Source: Squalus acanthias
Taxonomy: Eukaryota
Length of the DNA: 64,000 bases
Assembly (NCBI GenBank): GCA_030390025.1
Contig: JASTWF010000330.1
Span: forward strand, 62,001 to 126,000
Reading direction: 5' to 3'
The translations under genes were made by a program, and so were the position numbers. Position 1 is the stretch's first letter, and each line of letters opens with the position of its first letter. Positions 63,040 to 64,000 of this stretch are shown here, piece by piece. The notes beneath the pieces were generated by a model. It was not told where the DNA came from, made no database searches, and saw only the letters and a program-made list of their open reading frames with translations.

Positions 63040-64000
63040 TAACTGAGGAGAGTGGGATGTAACGACTGAGGGGAGTTGGATGTAGTGACTGAGGGGAGTG
63101 GGATGCAGTGACTGAGGCAAGTGGAATGTATTGACTGAGGGGAGTGCGGTGTAGTGACTGAGGGTAGTGGAATGCAGTGACTGAGGGAAGTGGGATATAG
63201 TGACTGAGGGGAGTGGGATGCAGTGACTAAGGGAAGTGGGATGTAGTGACTGAGGGGAGTGGGATTCAGTGACTGAGGGAAGTGGGTTGTAGTGACTCAG
63301 GGGATTGTGGTGTAATGACTGAGGGGAATGGGATGCAGTGACTGAGGGGAGTGGGATGCAGCGACTGAGGGGAGTGGGATGCAGCGACTGAGGGGAGTGG
63401 GATGCAGTGACTGAGGGAAGTGGGTTGTCGTGACTCAAAGGAGTGGGGTGTAGTGACTGAGGGGAGTGGGATGCAGGGACTGAGGGGAGTGGGAGGCAGT
63501 GACTGAGGGGAGTGGAATGTAGTGAATGAGGGGATTGGGATGACATGATTGAGGAGAGTGGGAGGCAGTGACTGAGGGAAGTGGGATGCAGTGTCTGAGG
63601 GGAGTGGGATGCAGTGACTGAGGGATTTGGGATGCAGTGACTGAGGGGAGTGGGATGTAGTGACTGAGGGATTTGGGATGCAGTGACTGAGGGGAGAGGG
63701 ATGTAGTGACTGAGGGGAGTGGGATGTAATGACTGAGGGGAGAGGGATGTAGTGACTGAGGGGTGTGGGATGTAGTGACTGAGTGGAATGGGTGCAGTGA
63801 CGGAGGGCAGTGGGATGCAGTGACTGGGGGGGTGGAATGTAGTGACTGACGGATGTGGGGTGTAGTGTCTGAGGGGAGTGCGATTGGATGATTCAAATTT
63901 ATATGAAGAATGCTGCCTGACATTTTCCGGACTCTAGTACAAAACCAATGGCCTGTACGGGCGCTTTCTACTCTCCTGTGTCTCTCTTCCTTTTTTATAG

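Larger units (their letters stand above)
60900..63880. repeat. 23-bp minisatellite (same family as 8240-20360), interrupted by nested SINE/MITE at 61720-63039
   Basis: Same unit and the same variant blocks as 13400-17730. Confidence 0.93.

Overview
Vertebrate genomic DNA, almost certainly from a cartilaginous fish (shark-type CR1/L2/RTE LINEs, a V-SINE, a Deu-SINE and Penelope-like terminal repeats). Well over half the window is GC-skewed minisatellite (49-, 45-, 23-, 42-, 30-, 67- and 26-bp units), and most long ORFs in the track are artefacts of these arrays or of LINE fragments. Hidden among the arrays is the 3' part of a + strand, 13-exon gene that the ORF track misses; I assembled it by hand from GT-AG sites and phase continuity (1766-26915). 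It encodes at least three near-identical tandem uromodulin/GP2/OIT3-type D8C (D10C) cysteine-rich domains (the first one incomplete in this window), an acidic Ser/Thr-rich linker and a short ~60-aa C-terminal domain ending at a stop codon. No ZP domain, TM helix or GPI signal is visible. The two complete repeats keep the N-glycosylation sequon at the position of the GP2 FimH-binding glycan, which suggests a multivalent secreted decoy protein (inference). After a 500-N gap, sequence paralogous to this gene's linker introns reappears and the window ends exactly on a matching splice acceptor.
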